Assembly (NCBI GenBank): GCA_963710375.1
Contig: CAVPZX010000008.1
Span: forward strand, 1-64,000
Length of the DNA stretch: 64,000 bases
Source of the DNA: Nitrospirota bacterium
GTDB taxonomy: Bacteria; Nitrospirota; Thermodesulfovibrionia; Thermodesulfovibrionales; Dissulfurispiraceae
Reading direction: 5' to 3'
The translations under genes were made by a program, and so were the position numbers. The notes beneath the pieces were generated by a model, which worked only from the letters and a program-made list of their open reading frames with translations, ran no database searches and was not told the origin of the DNA. The stretch's first letter is position 1. Each line of letters begins with the position of its first letter. Of this stretch, positions 27,241 through 36,073 are shown one piece after another.

Positions 27241-29410
27241 GCCTCTCTCCGTTGCCTTCCTCTGGCACATGCATCAGCCTTATTACAAAGATCCCTTTAC
27301 CGGCGTCTACAGGCTCCCATGGGTGCGATTGCATGGCGTAAAAGATTACCTGGACATGGCGTCGATCCTTTCAGATTTTCCCGATATCCGTCAAACTTTT
27401 AACCTGGTGCCATCGTTGCTGGAACAACTTGTCGATTACACGGATAACAATGCGACAGATACATATCTTGAGTTGTCATTGAAGAGTCCTTCGGATCTTA
27501 CCGAGGCAGAGAGGCGGTTTATCATCGAAAACTTTTTTTATGCAAACTGGGACACAATGATAAAGCCTCTTCCCCGCTATTATGAGCTGCTTATTAAAAG
27601 AGGGGTCAGGGTCACAAAAAGCGATATTGAGCGTGCCTCCAGGTATTATGATGACCGCGACATCAGGGACCTCCAGGTGCTGTTCAACCTTGCATGGATT
27701 GACCCGATGTTCAGGAATGAGGGCGACCCGTTTCTGCATGGTCTGATTGAAAAAGGAAAAGATTTCACCGAAGAAGAAAAAAAGATTCTTATCGGAAAGC
27801 AAATGGAGATTTTAAGGAAAATAATCCCTGAGTATAAAAGAATGAGTGAGAGCGGTCAGATCGAACTTTCGGTTACCCCCTTCTATCACCCTATACTTCC
27901 CTTGCTGTGGGACACCAACAGCGCAAAGATAGGAATGCCTCACGTGAACCTTCCCAAAAAACGCTTCTCCCATCCGGAAGATGCGGTAAAGCAGATCGAA
28001 ATGGCAATTGGGTATTTTGAACGGCTTTTCGGGAAAAAGCCGGCCGGCATGTGGCCCTCCGAGGGATCGGTGAGCGAAGATGTTGTCAGGGCGATAAGCA
28101 ATGCCGGGATCAAGTGGATCGCAACAGATGAAGAAGTGCTGGCCCGTTCTCTGCAGAGATCTTTCAGAACTCCCGAAGGCAATCTCATTGATGCAGCCAC
28201 CCTTTACAGGATGCATCAATTCAGCGGAGTATCCATGCTCTTCAGAGACCATAAACTGTCGGACCTCATAGGCTTTACCTATTCCGGCTGGAAAGCCGAA
28301 AAAGCGGTTGCGGACTTTATAGGCAAATTAGCGGAGATTCGGAACACACTCCCCAGTGACAGGGCATACATAGTGCCGGTAATCCTGGATGGGGAAAACG
28401 CCTGGGAATATTTTGCCAATGACGGCCATGATTTCCTGGCTGCCCTCTACCGTGCCCTGAGCAGCGATGACCGTTTCAAGGCAGTAACCATTTCTGATTT
28501 TATCAGGGAAAACGGGGCCGGTGAGCCACTCCAGCGCCTGCATGCCGGTTCATGGATAAACGCGAACTTCGGTATCTGGATCGGACATGAAGAGGACAAC
28601 ATGGCGTGGGACTATCTTTCGCAGGCAAGAGATGATCTTGAAGCGTTCGCCGCTGCTAATCCCGGCAAGGACCTCTCCGAAGCATGGAACTGCATCTACG
28701 CTGCCGAAGGCAGTGACTGGAACTGGTGGTATGGAGACGACCACTCCACCGAAACACAGGAAGACTTTGATGAACTATTCAGAAGCTATTTAATGAAGGT
28801 GTATAAAGTCATGGGAAAGGACATTCCCTCTCACTTGTATGTGCCTATACTCATGGAAGACAGGAGCGTTGAGCCTGTCACGCGGGCGCGCGGCTTCGTA
28901 CAGCCGCGGATAGATGGGTATGTAACCAGTTACTACGAATGGAACCAGGCCGCTTTCATGGATGTCAAGCGTTCAGGCGGCAGCATGCATAAATCGGAGA
29001 GCATGATTTCATCAATCCATTACGGCTTTAATAAGGACAATTTTTATCTTCGTATCGATCCCAAAGTCCCGTTCACCGAAATGACCGAAAAAATAATTAT
29101 CCGCATAGATATCGTCAAGCCTTCTGTCTTTAGAATTATTTTTGATGCCCGGAAGGACCAGAACAACGCGGCACTTTACGAACAGGCAATTGAAGATTGG
29201 AAGGAAATAAAGACACTTCCGGATGTTGCTGCCAAAGACATATTTGAGCTGGGGGTTTTGTTCTCAGACCTTAAAGCGGAAGAAAATGATGAAATGCAGT
29301 TCTCAGTAGAGATAATGCGGAATGGTGAGGAAGTTGAACGATGCCCGTGGCGGGGGCATATTACAGTTACCGTTCCTTCACCCTATTACGAAACGCTTAT
29401 GTGGTATTAA
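27230..29410 (+). CDS. Glycoside hydrolase family 57 (amylopullulanase-like)
   Basis: LWHMHQPYY, PFYHPILPLL, GMWPSEGSVS, ILDGENAWE, AEGSDWNWW. Start adjusted to MAAKP. Confidence 0.93.
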   Translation: MAAKPLSVAFLWHMHQPYYKDPFTGVYRLPWVRLHGVKDYLDMASILSDFPDIRQTFNLVPSLLEQLVDYTDNNATDTYLELSLKSPSDLTEAERRFIIENFFYANWDTMIKPLPRYYELLIKRGVRVTKSDIERASRYYDDRDIRDLQVLFNLAWIDPMFRNEGDPFLHGLIEKGKDFTEEEKKILIGKQMEILRKIIPEYKRMSESGQIELSVTPFYHPILPLLWDTNSAKIGMPHVNLPKKRFSHPEDAVKQIEMAIGYFERLFGKKPAGMWPSEGSVSEDVVRAISNAGIKWIATDEEVLARSLQRSFRTPEGNLIDAATLYRMHQFSGVSMLFRDHKLSDLIGFTYSGWKAEKAVADFIGKLAEIRNTLPSDRAYIVPVILDGENAWEYFANDGHDFLAALYRALSSDDRFKAVTISDFIRENGAGEPLQRLHAGSWINANFGIWIGHEEDNMAWDYLSQARDDLEAFAAANPGKDLSEAWNCIYAAEGSDWNWWYGDDHSTETQEDFDELFRSYLMKVYKVMGKDIPSHLYVPILMEDRSVEPVTRARGFVQPRIDGYVTSYYEWNQAAFMDVKRSGGSMHKSESMISSIHYGFNKDNFYLRIDPKVPFTEMTEKIIIRIDIVKPSVFRIIFDARKDQNNAALYEQAIEDWKEIKTLPDVAAKDIFELGVLFSDLKAEENDEMQFSVEIMRNGEEVERCPWRGHITVTVPSPYYETLMWY

Positions 29411-29473
29411 ACAATAACCCATAACTGATTACCTGCCACCTGTCTGAATTACAGATTACCTGTATAATAGTCC

Positions 29474-30793
29474 ATGCACATGCTCCTAGATCTATTTAAA
29501 GAGTTTGCCAAAAAAAAGGGCATTGCCGGCAATACTTATATTGTCGGAGGCGCAGTGCGCGATATGCTCTCGGGCCTTGAGACAAAGGACATCGACCTGG
29601 TTGTGCCGGGGGATGCCCTCGAAATCTCCAAAGAGTTCGCGCAGGCTACCGGCAGCTCCTTCGTCCTCCTCGACAGCGAGTTTGGTATCGCGCGGGTGGT
29701 GAAAGAGTCGGTCTTTCTCGACATATCGGCAATGAAGGGAGAGTCGATTACCGCCGACCTGGCGGGACGTGATATAACCATTAATGCAATGGCCCAGCCC
29801 TTGTGTGAATGGCAGTCAACACTCCATGTAATTGATCCTTTTGGCGGTAAGGAAGATCTTCAGTCCGGAGTGATCAGGATGGTTTCTGAGAGAAATCTTG
29901 TCAGCGATCCGCTTCGGATACTCAGAATCTACCGGTTCTCGGCTGCAATGCATGCCGATATCGAAATAAACACACGCCGTGCCCTCAACCCGCATAGGGC
30001 ATTACTCGACGCTGTTGCTATAGAGAGAATAGCCGATGAATTGCGCCATCTGATGGAGCTCACGGATTCATATGAAAGCATGAAAGACATGGAAGAAGAT
30101 TACATTATGCCAGTGCTGTTTCCTGAATTTCTGACTGCCCCCGGCGTCAGCATAAAAAAGGGCCTTGCTTGCTACGGGCAGTGCGAGGCCGTGCTTGGCG
30201 ACCCGGCCCATTATTTTCCTCTTCATGAAGAGCGCATCCTTGACTACTTTGAACTTCCCGCTAGACAGATATGCCTTAAGCTGACAGCACTTTTTTCTGG
30301 GGAGACAAATGCACTGGAAGCCGCATTAAGGCTGAAGATGTCAAAAAAAGAGGCTGCTCTCATTGCATCGATCTCATCCGGATGCAAAAACATTCTATCG
30401 TTCTGCAGCCTTGCCGCACACAGATCCGAAATGCTCAGATTTTTGAAAAACGTTCAGGACGATATCTATCCGATGGTGATCCTTGCCGTCGCAGCCGGGC
30501 AGAAAGATCAGGGACCTTCCGGATCTTCTACGCCCGAGACACCTGACCCAGGAGACCGGGTACTCTCTTTCTGCAACAAAATCCTTTCGCTATACGTTGA
30601 TGAGGTCTTGCCGCGGATGGGTATCCTCAGAATGATTACCGGTGACGACCTTATAAGGGAGTTCTACCTGCCCCCTTCCCCTCAGTTCAAACTTATATTA
30701 TCCGAGTTGGAAGATGATATATTGGAGGGCAAGGTGAACACAAAGGATGAGGCGCTGAAAACTGTGAGAGATATTCTTGCAAGAGGTGTATGA
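29474..30793 (+). CDS. Class II tRNA nucleotidyltransferase, probably CC-adding type
   Basis: VGGAVRD, DIDL, DLAGRDITINAMA, DPLRILRIYRF. The loop before motif B is short. Confidence 0.85.
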   Translation: MHMLLDLFKEFAKKKGIAGNTYIVGGAVRDMLSGLETKDIDLVVPGDALEISKEFAQATGSSFVLLDSEFGIARVVKESVFLDISAMKGESITADLAGRDITINAMAQPLCEWQSTLHVIDPFGGKEDLQSGVIRMVSERNLVSDPLRILRIYRFSAAMHADIEINTRRALNPHRALLDAVAIERIADELRHLMELTDSYESMKDMEEDYIMPVLFPEFLTAPGVSIKKGLACYGQCEAVLGDPAHYFPLHEERILDYFELPARQICLKLTALFSGETNALEAALRLKMSKKEAALIASISSGCKNILSFCSLAAHRSEMLRFLKNVQDDIYPMVILAVAAGQKDQGPSGSSTPETPDPGDRVLSFCNKILSLYVDEVLPRMGILRMITGDDLIREFYLPPSPQFKLILSELEDDILEGKVNTKDEALKTVRDILARGV

Positions 30794-30990
30794 TGGTTAT
30801 GCAATTCAGACAGTACAGGGTAATTTTTCTTTGCGAGCGATTAGCCCTTTGCGCCAGTCCTGCTGTCTATATGGAAAATCATCCCTGATCCAGTTGAATA
30901 TGTGGGCTCGGCGTTACTCGCCCACTGCAGATAACCCAGGCGCTCGACTGCAGAAAAACAACCCAGTACTATCTGAATTGCAGATTATGG

Positions 30991-31686
30991 TTACCTCGTG
31001 TGCTCCCACTGTATCGCTTTAGCATAATCTTTGAAAAGCCGTTCCCGCTCTCTGAAAGCCCGCGTGTGAACAGAGCGCCTGCCGTCCTTTTCCCCGATAC
31101 CCATAGCTGCATGGAGCATTTCATGGTAAACCACAAATTCAACATAATAGTCAGGCACCGTCTTCTTATCAAGGACCGGATTGATCCGTATGGTATTGCT
31201 GTTATTACTGTAGCTGCCCAATGTCCGCTTCCGCACCGCTTTCCTAGATGTCCCGGTCCCCCATGTTATGACAGAAGTAAGCCTTGAGTCGAAATATTCC
31301 CTGTTAAGCCGTTCAAATATTGAGTACAGATCATAGCACTTGCCCTGCGTCCTAACAGGAAAGCATCTCGCCGGTTTCCGCCGGACCACACTGCTCATTT
31401 TATTCAGAAAGGCCCTGAACCTTGTCATGCTTCCACTGCCGTGCTTAATAAATAAACCTATTTCTTTGAGCGTAGCTTCGTCAGCGCAGAGAAACATCCG
31501 ATGCAGTCTTACACAAGACAGAGCCCCTTTTTTTCTAATAGAAAGCATGCTGGTTGAATTATCTGTCAACACGAGCGAAACAGACCTCCCCGAGGCCTTT
31601 TCAAAGGTGCGGACAAGAAACCCCGGGTCATGTTCGAAAGGAAAAGAAAGTTGTGCCTGACGAGCGCTCATTCTGTTATAGTCCAT
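30991..31686 (-). CDS. SprT/M48-like zinc metalloprotease domain protein
   Basis: HEMLH zincin motif, TLGSY, IRINPVLD. Start uncertain. Confidence 0.8.
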   Translation of the reverse strand: MDYNRMSARQAQLSFPFEHDPGFLVRTFEKASGRSVSLVLTDNSTSMLSIRKKGALSCVRLHRMFLCADEATLKEIGLFIKHGSGSMTRFRAFLNKMSSVVRRKPARCFPVRTQGKCYDLYSIFERLNREYFDSRLTSVITWGTGTSRKAVRKRTLGSYSNNSNTIRINPVLDKKTVPDYYVEFVVYHEMLHAAMGIGEKDGRRSVHTRAFRERERLFKDYAKAIQWEHTR

Positions 31687-31742
31687 TATTGTTAAATATA
31701 CCATGAACAGATCATCTGGCTGATATGATAATATTAAATATT

Positions 31743-32525
31743 ATGAAAACAGCTTTGATACAACTTAACAGTGTCTGGGAATCAAAGAAGGCCAACCTTG
31801 AACGGGCGGCCTTCTTCACCGGGAAAGCGGCACAGGAGAAATGCGATGTAATCATTTTTCCGGAATTATTCTCCACCGGCTTTTCGATGAACATACCTGT
31901 CATAGCCGAAGATGGATACGGGGAGACGGCCTCGTATTTATCATCAATTGCACGGGAAAACGCAATCAATCTCATTGCCGGTTTTGCTATGAAAACACCC
32001 GGAGAAGAGCGCGCCAGAAACATGGCAGTTGTTTACGACAGAAAAGGCCGTCCGGATGCGACTTATACAAAAACGCACTCTTTTCCCCTGTCCCAGGAGG
32101 TTGAGCGGTTTATTGAAGGGACAGAGAGGGTCGTCTTTAATATTGATGCAATGCCTTCCAGCGTCTTTATCTGCTATGATTTGAGGTTCCCTGAGCTTTT
32201 CAGGGATGTTGCAGGACGGGTAAAGGCGATATTTGTAATAGCCAACTGGCCTTCCAAAAGAAAGGACCACTGGGAAACACTGCTCAAAGCGCGTGCGATA
32301 GAGAACCAATGTTTTGTGATAGGAGTAAACCGCACCGGAGTTGACGGCAACGGTATCGTGTATCCAGGCGCTTCCCGAATTTTTGGTCCATTTGGAAATA
32401 CCGTCTGTTCCGGCGATGATACCGAAGAATTCATAACCTGCGAGTTCGATCCCGTCGAGACAGACCGTGTACGGTCTGCATTTCCTTTCCTTTTGGCCCG
32501 TGAACAATCACAAAAGGAGAAATGA
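31743..32525 (+). CDS. Carbon-nitrogen hydrolase (nitrilase/omega-amidase family)
   Basis: FPELFSTGF, YTKTH, ICYDLRFPE, ARAIENQ (E-K-C triad). Confidence 0.92.
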   Translation: MKTALIQLNSVWESKKANLERAAFFTGKAAQEKCDVIIFPELFSTGFSMNIPVIAEDGYGETASYLSSIARENAINLIAGFAMKTPGEERARNMAVVYDRKGRPDATYTKTHSFPLSQEVERFIEGTERVVFNIDAMPSSVFICYDLRFPELFRDVAGRVKAIFVIANWPSKRKDHWETLLKARAIENQCFVIGVNRTGVDGNGIVYPGASRIFGPFGNTVCSGDDTEEFITCEFDPVETDRVRSAFPFLLAREQSQKEK

Positions 32526-32532
32526 CCTGCGT

Positions 32533-33225
32533 ATGACGACCCAAAAAAATATTAATAAGATAGCGATATTGGCTGTAATCATATTACTGATCGCCGCATT
32601 TAAGATCTTTGGGCTTGAACAATATCTCAGCCTTTCCTACCTGAAGGCCTCTCAGGAAAAGTTCGCGCTTCTGTATGCTGAACATAAGATACTTGTAATA
32701 GCCGGTTATATGATTATTTATATTATTGTCACGTCGTTATCATTGCCGGGAGCAGCAGTGCTCACCCTGGTGGGAGGGGCGCTCTTTGGTTTAGTGGCCG
32801 GGACACTTATCGTATCTTTCGCCAGCACCATAGGTGCGACCTTTGCATGCCTTGCCTCACGGTTCGTATTAAGGGATTGGGTACAGTTGAAATTCGGCGA
32901 CAAACTGTCGGCTGTTAACAAAGGCATAGAAAGGGAAGGCGCCTTTTATCTCTTCACGCTTAGATTAATTCCGATCTTTCCTTTCTTTGTCATCAATCTT
33001 GTCATGGGTCTGACAAAATTACCTTTGCTGACATTTTATTGGGTATCGCAATTGGGGATGCTTCCGGGTACTATGGTTTACGTGAATGCGGGGAAAGAGC
33101 TTGCAAAGGTCAATTCTCTATCCGGCATTCTGTCTCCCGGATTGATCTTTTCATTTGCGCTCCTCGGATTATTTCCGATAGCAGTCAAAAAGATAATGGC
33201 GTTTTATAAACGGGATAAAAGTTAA
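32533..33225 (+). CDS. TVP38/TMEM64 (DedA/SNARE-associated) membrane protein
   Basis: SLSLPGA, LRLIPIFPFFVINL, GMLPGT. Confidence 0.9.
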   Translation: MTTQKNINKIAILAVIILLIAAFKIFGLEQYLSLSYLKASQEKFALLYAEHKILVIAGYMIIYIIVTSLSLPGAAVLTLVGGALFGLVAGTLIVSFASTIGATFACLASRFVLRDWVQLKFGDKLSAVNKGIEREGAFYLFTLRLIPIFPFFVINLVMGLTKLPLLTFYWVSQLGMLPGTMVYVNAGKELAKVNSLSGILSPGLIFSFALLGLFPIAVKKIMAFYKRDKS

Positions 33226-33236
33226 AAAAATATTGA

Positions 33237-33416
33237 GGGCTCGCGAATAAATAACTTGCACATTGATGCATCTCAGATTTAGGCCATCTTTGCCAGATCC
33301 TCAGTCGCAAAATCCTCAACGTAGCTATGCTACGCCTGCGGTTTTGCTCAGTCGGATCATCCAAATCTGACCCAAATCTGTGCGCCTGAATGCACAAGTT
33401 ATTTATTCGAGAGCCC
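33237..33416. mobile_element. MITE family A copy 4 (180 bp)
   Basis: Full-length copy between convergent genes. Flanks are TGA/TAC (imperfect). Confidence 0.9.
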
Positions 33417-34649
33417 TACGGAGAGATCAAAGGTCCTGAGAGCGTCTTCATAAATGCCTCGATCTGTAAAAGTTCTTCATCAGTCAGGTCCTGATGCTCC
33501 ACTTGAGTGCTTGAACTCATCCTGTAGAAAAACATTACATCTTCCAGGGACTTGGATTGCCCCGCATGCATATAGGGTGGCCGCTCTGCAACATTTCGTA
33601 ACGTTGGGGTCTTGAATGCTCCTATATATTTGCTTTTGTCCTTGTCTATGAACCTCAGTTCGCTGCATTGATCAGGCTTGGCATCGCTGTATTTACCGAG
33701 ACAGTTGAACTCATCAGAAAGCACCTTGCCAATGCCCTCTGCCCTGCCCTTATCCTTTCCATTGTCCAGCCCAATGTCGTGAAACTCGCCGTTCGTAAAA
33801 AGCGGACCCATGTGGCAGGTGATACATTTGGCTTTTCCGATGAATAGTCGCAATCCTTCGACTGCATCGCGGCCCATTGCCTTGTCCGCAGCCGCCTGGT
33901 CGTTCCTGAGTACTGCATCGGCATACAGGTCGAACGGCGCGGGAGAAGGCACTATCCTCCTCACATAAGCTTCGATCGCCTTGCCGATATTCGCGTAGAC
34001 CCTGTTGACAGCGTACCGGTCAGCCGGTTTCATCGCCTTCCAGAGCTTGAGCGCAACTGGATTACCTGTTCCAGGGCTTGCCTTCGGAGGACAGACTCTT
34101 GTGGGTTATCTTCGGGAGACTGCCGAATATCTCAGTGTATTCGTTCTTGTATTTGTCGATTATCAGGTGTGCGCAGTAAGAACGGGTAATGCCATGCTCA
34201 GGAACGCTCTCGATCGGTCCAATGGCCTGAGACCATAAGCTGTCCTTCCTGCCATCCCAGAAGAACCAGGACTGATAGGCTACACCGATGAGCGGCATGG
34301 TCCTTCGAGTATTGGTGCCCATGCCCCTGGCAAGGGCAAATCTGTCAGTGAATGAATATTCCGGAATATGACAGGTGGCGCATGATATCTTCCCGTTGGC
34401 GCTGAAACTTTTATCGAAGAAAAGCTTCTTCCCAAATTCTATCGCCTTGGGGTTATCTGCATAAGCGTTCGACGGGTCAGGGGGCAGCGGCGGAAGCGAG
34501 GCAAGAGAGAGGGAGCGTATCACATTCTTGTCTTCCTCGCTCCACTGATGAATCTGTTGGAGGTCCTTGTCCGCGGCCATGCCAGTGCTGCCTGCGCCCA
34601 TAATCGTAAAAGAAATGAGGACAAGCGTCAGAAAAGTAAACCGGGCCAT
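33416..34649 (-). CDS. Diheme cytochrome c peroxidase superfamily enzyme (MauG/MbnH-like), split by an apparent frameshift near 34097
   Basis: CATCH and FFWDGRK in the 5' ORF. CITCH and FKTPTLRNVAERPPYMHAG in the 3' ORF. The alternative frame VCPPKASPGTGNPVALKLWKAMKP bridges the two. Confidence 0.85.
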
Positions 34650-34679
34650 GATAACCTCCAACTCCGCTTTTGCATAAAA

Positions 34680-35459
34680 TTACTTCAACATGAGGTTGAA
34701 GGAAGTATTGTCGGTTTTTCCGCCAGCGTTGACACTGACGTTGACCACCCACCATCCGGACATACTGAACTTCATTCCTTCCACAAGGTAGGTACCATCG
34801 CCGTAGTTCTTTGTGACCTTGGGCTGTGTAGGCATACCATGACCGTGTTCCGGCATGGTCCCGCTAACTGTAATCTTCGCATCCTTGACCGGTTTGCCGT
34901 CAGCAGTCTCAACCTTGAGTTTCCAGGACTGGAGCTTGTTAACCGGCACAGTCTGGAGATCACTTGTGTATGTTACCTTGAATGTTCCTGCCTTCGAAAC
35001 CATCGTCTTTGCGTAAGCAGCATCAGAGGTCGGCTTTACCATAGCGCTTGCGGAGCAGTGCTTGCATTTGCAGTCTTTACCACAATTGCAGCCACCCTTG
35101 CCGTCACTCTTGCAGTTGCACTTTCCCTTGCCTGTTTTGCAATGTTCGCACTTGCAGTCCTTGCCGCACTTGCAGCCCTTGCCGTCACTCATACAATTAC
35201 AGCCTTTGTCCCCTGCTTTGCAGTCGCAGTTTCCCTTGCTGCACTTTCCGCACTTGCAATCTTTCCCGCACTGGCAACCATTTCCGTTTTTACCGTTCTT
35301 GCAGTTGCAATCACCCTTGTCTGTCGTGCAGTTAGCGCATTTACAATCCTTACCGCAGTCGCATTTTGCGGCGGCATCGACCGTTCCTATTATCGGCGCA
35401 CATGTCATGGACCCGATAAAGAGAACGGCAAGAAGAATGACTCCAAATTTTTTCAGCAT
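34680..35459 (-). CDS. Secreted metallothionein-like Cys-rich repeat protein fused to a YtkA/FixH-like domain
   Basis: Signal peptide, 4x CxCGKDCKCxxC, C-terminal MPEHGHGM and FSMSGWW motifs. Confidence 0.8.
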   Translation of the reverse strand: MLKKFGVILLAVLFIGSMTCAPIIGTVDAAAKCDCGKDCKCANCTTDKGDCNCKNGKNGNGCQCGKDCKCGKCSKGNCDCKAGDKGCNCMSDGKGCKCGKDCKCEHCKTGKGKCNCKSDGKGGCNCGKDCKCKHCSASAMVKPTSDAAYAKTMVSKAGTFKVTYTSDLQTVPVNKLQSWKLKVETADGKPVKDAKITVSGTMPEHGHGMPTQPKVTKNYGDGTYLVEGMKFSMSGWWVVNVSVNAGGKTDNTSFNLMLK

Positions 35460-35914
35460 AATTACCCCCCTTTAATTATGATTGTATAATTGTAAAACAG
35501 GACACCTTATTTATAGGTAGAAGTATACTCTACAACAACAAATATTGCAATAAACTGGGTGTATGCAAGTCAGACATTACGGGGTTGTTTTTCTGCAGGG
35601 GGTGCCCAAGAAGTCGGCAGACTTATTGAGGAAGAGGTGAGCGCCGGGATTAGATCTGTCTCAGCCCATCCCGGCGTTAGCTATATTGACGGTTATCGCA
35701 ATATCTGACGCAAAGGTGCCTGAAGGTGTGATTATATCTTATATGTAATTTATTTCCCAGGAAATTGGAATTAATCCACATACATGCTGTTTAATAACCC
35801 TCGGAAATCCCAATAAACCAAGAAGATAACACATTGTCTTGCCTAGTATAATTCTTGCATGATAGTCAGTTGAGGATAAGACATGCGACCACAGAAAAAT
35901 AGGAGGGAATACTG

Positions 35915-36073
35915 ATGAGCTGGTTATGGCGTTTATGGTTTTGGCTGATGTGCGAGGGCGATAAGGTTACACCGGCAACCACAAGCATAGCGCTGGACGA
36001 CGACTATTCGCCCGTTCCGGTACCGCTCAGCGCTGAGTATAATTACTACTTTGTCGAGGACAAGGACTTATAG
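35915..36073 (+). CDS. Small Trp-rich ORF, 52 aa (below the ORF-track cutoff)
   Basis: AGGAGG 8 nt before ATG. Reads MSWLWRLWFWLMCEGDKVTPATTSIALDDDYSPVPVPLSAEYNYYFVEDKDL. Confidence 0.45.
   Translation: MSWLWRLWFWLMCEGDKVTPATTSIALDDDYSPVPVPLSAEYNYYFVEDKDL

Noticed and set aside
34548..35489. Plus-strand ORFs with LAV/LQ repeats (34548..35489, 35048..35335, 35062..35475)
   Set aside because: These are antisense shadows of the Cys/Lys repeat gene, which has the RBS, signal peptide and recognisable domain.
35570..35730. Possible DUF2946-like leader remnant (..WAPPAEKQPRNV) and 9-bp hairpin upstream of the MT-YtkA gene
   Set aside because: There is an in-frame stop and no start or signal peptide. 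The hairpin alone is not diagnostic.
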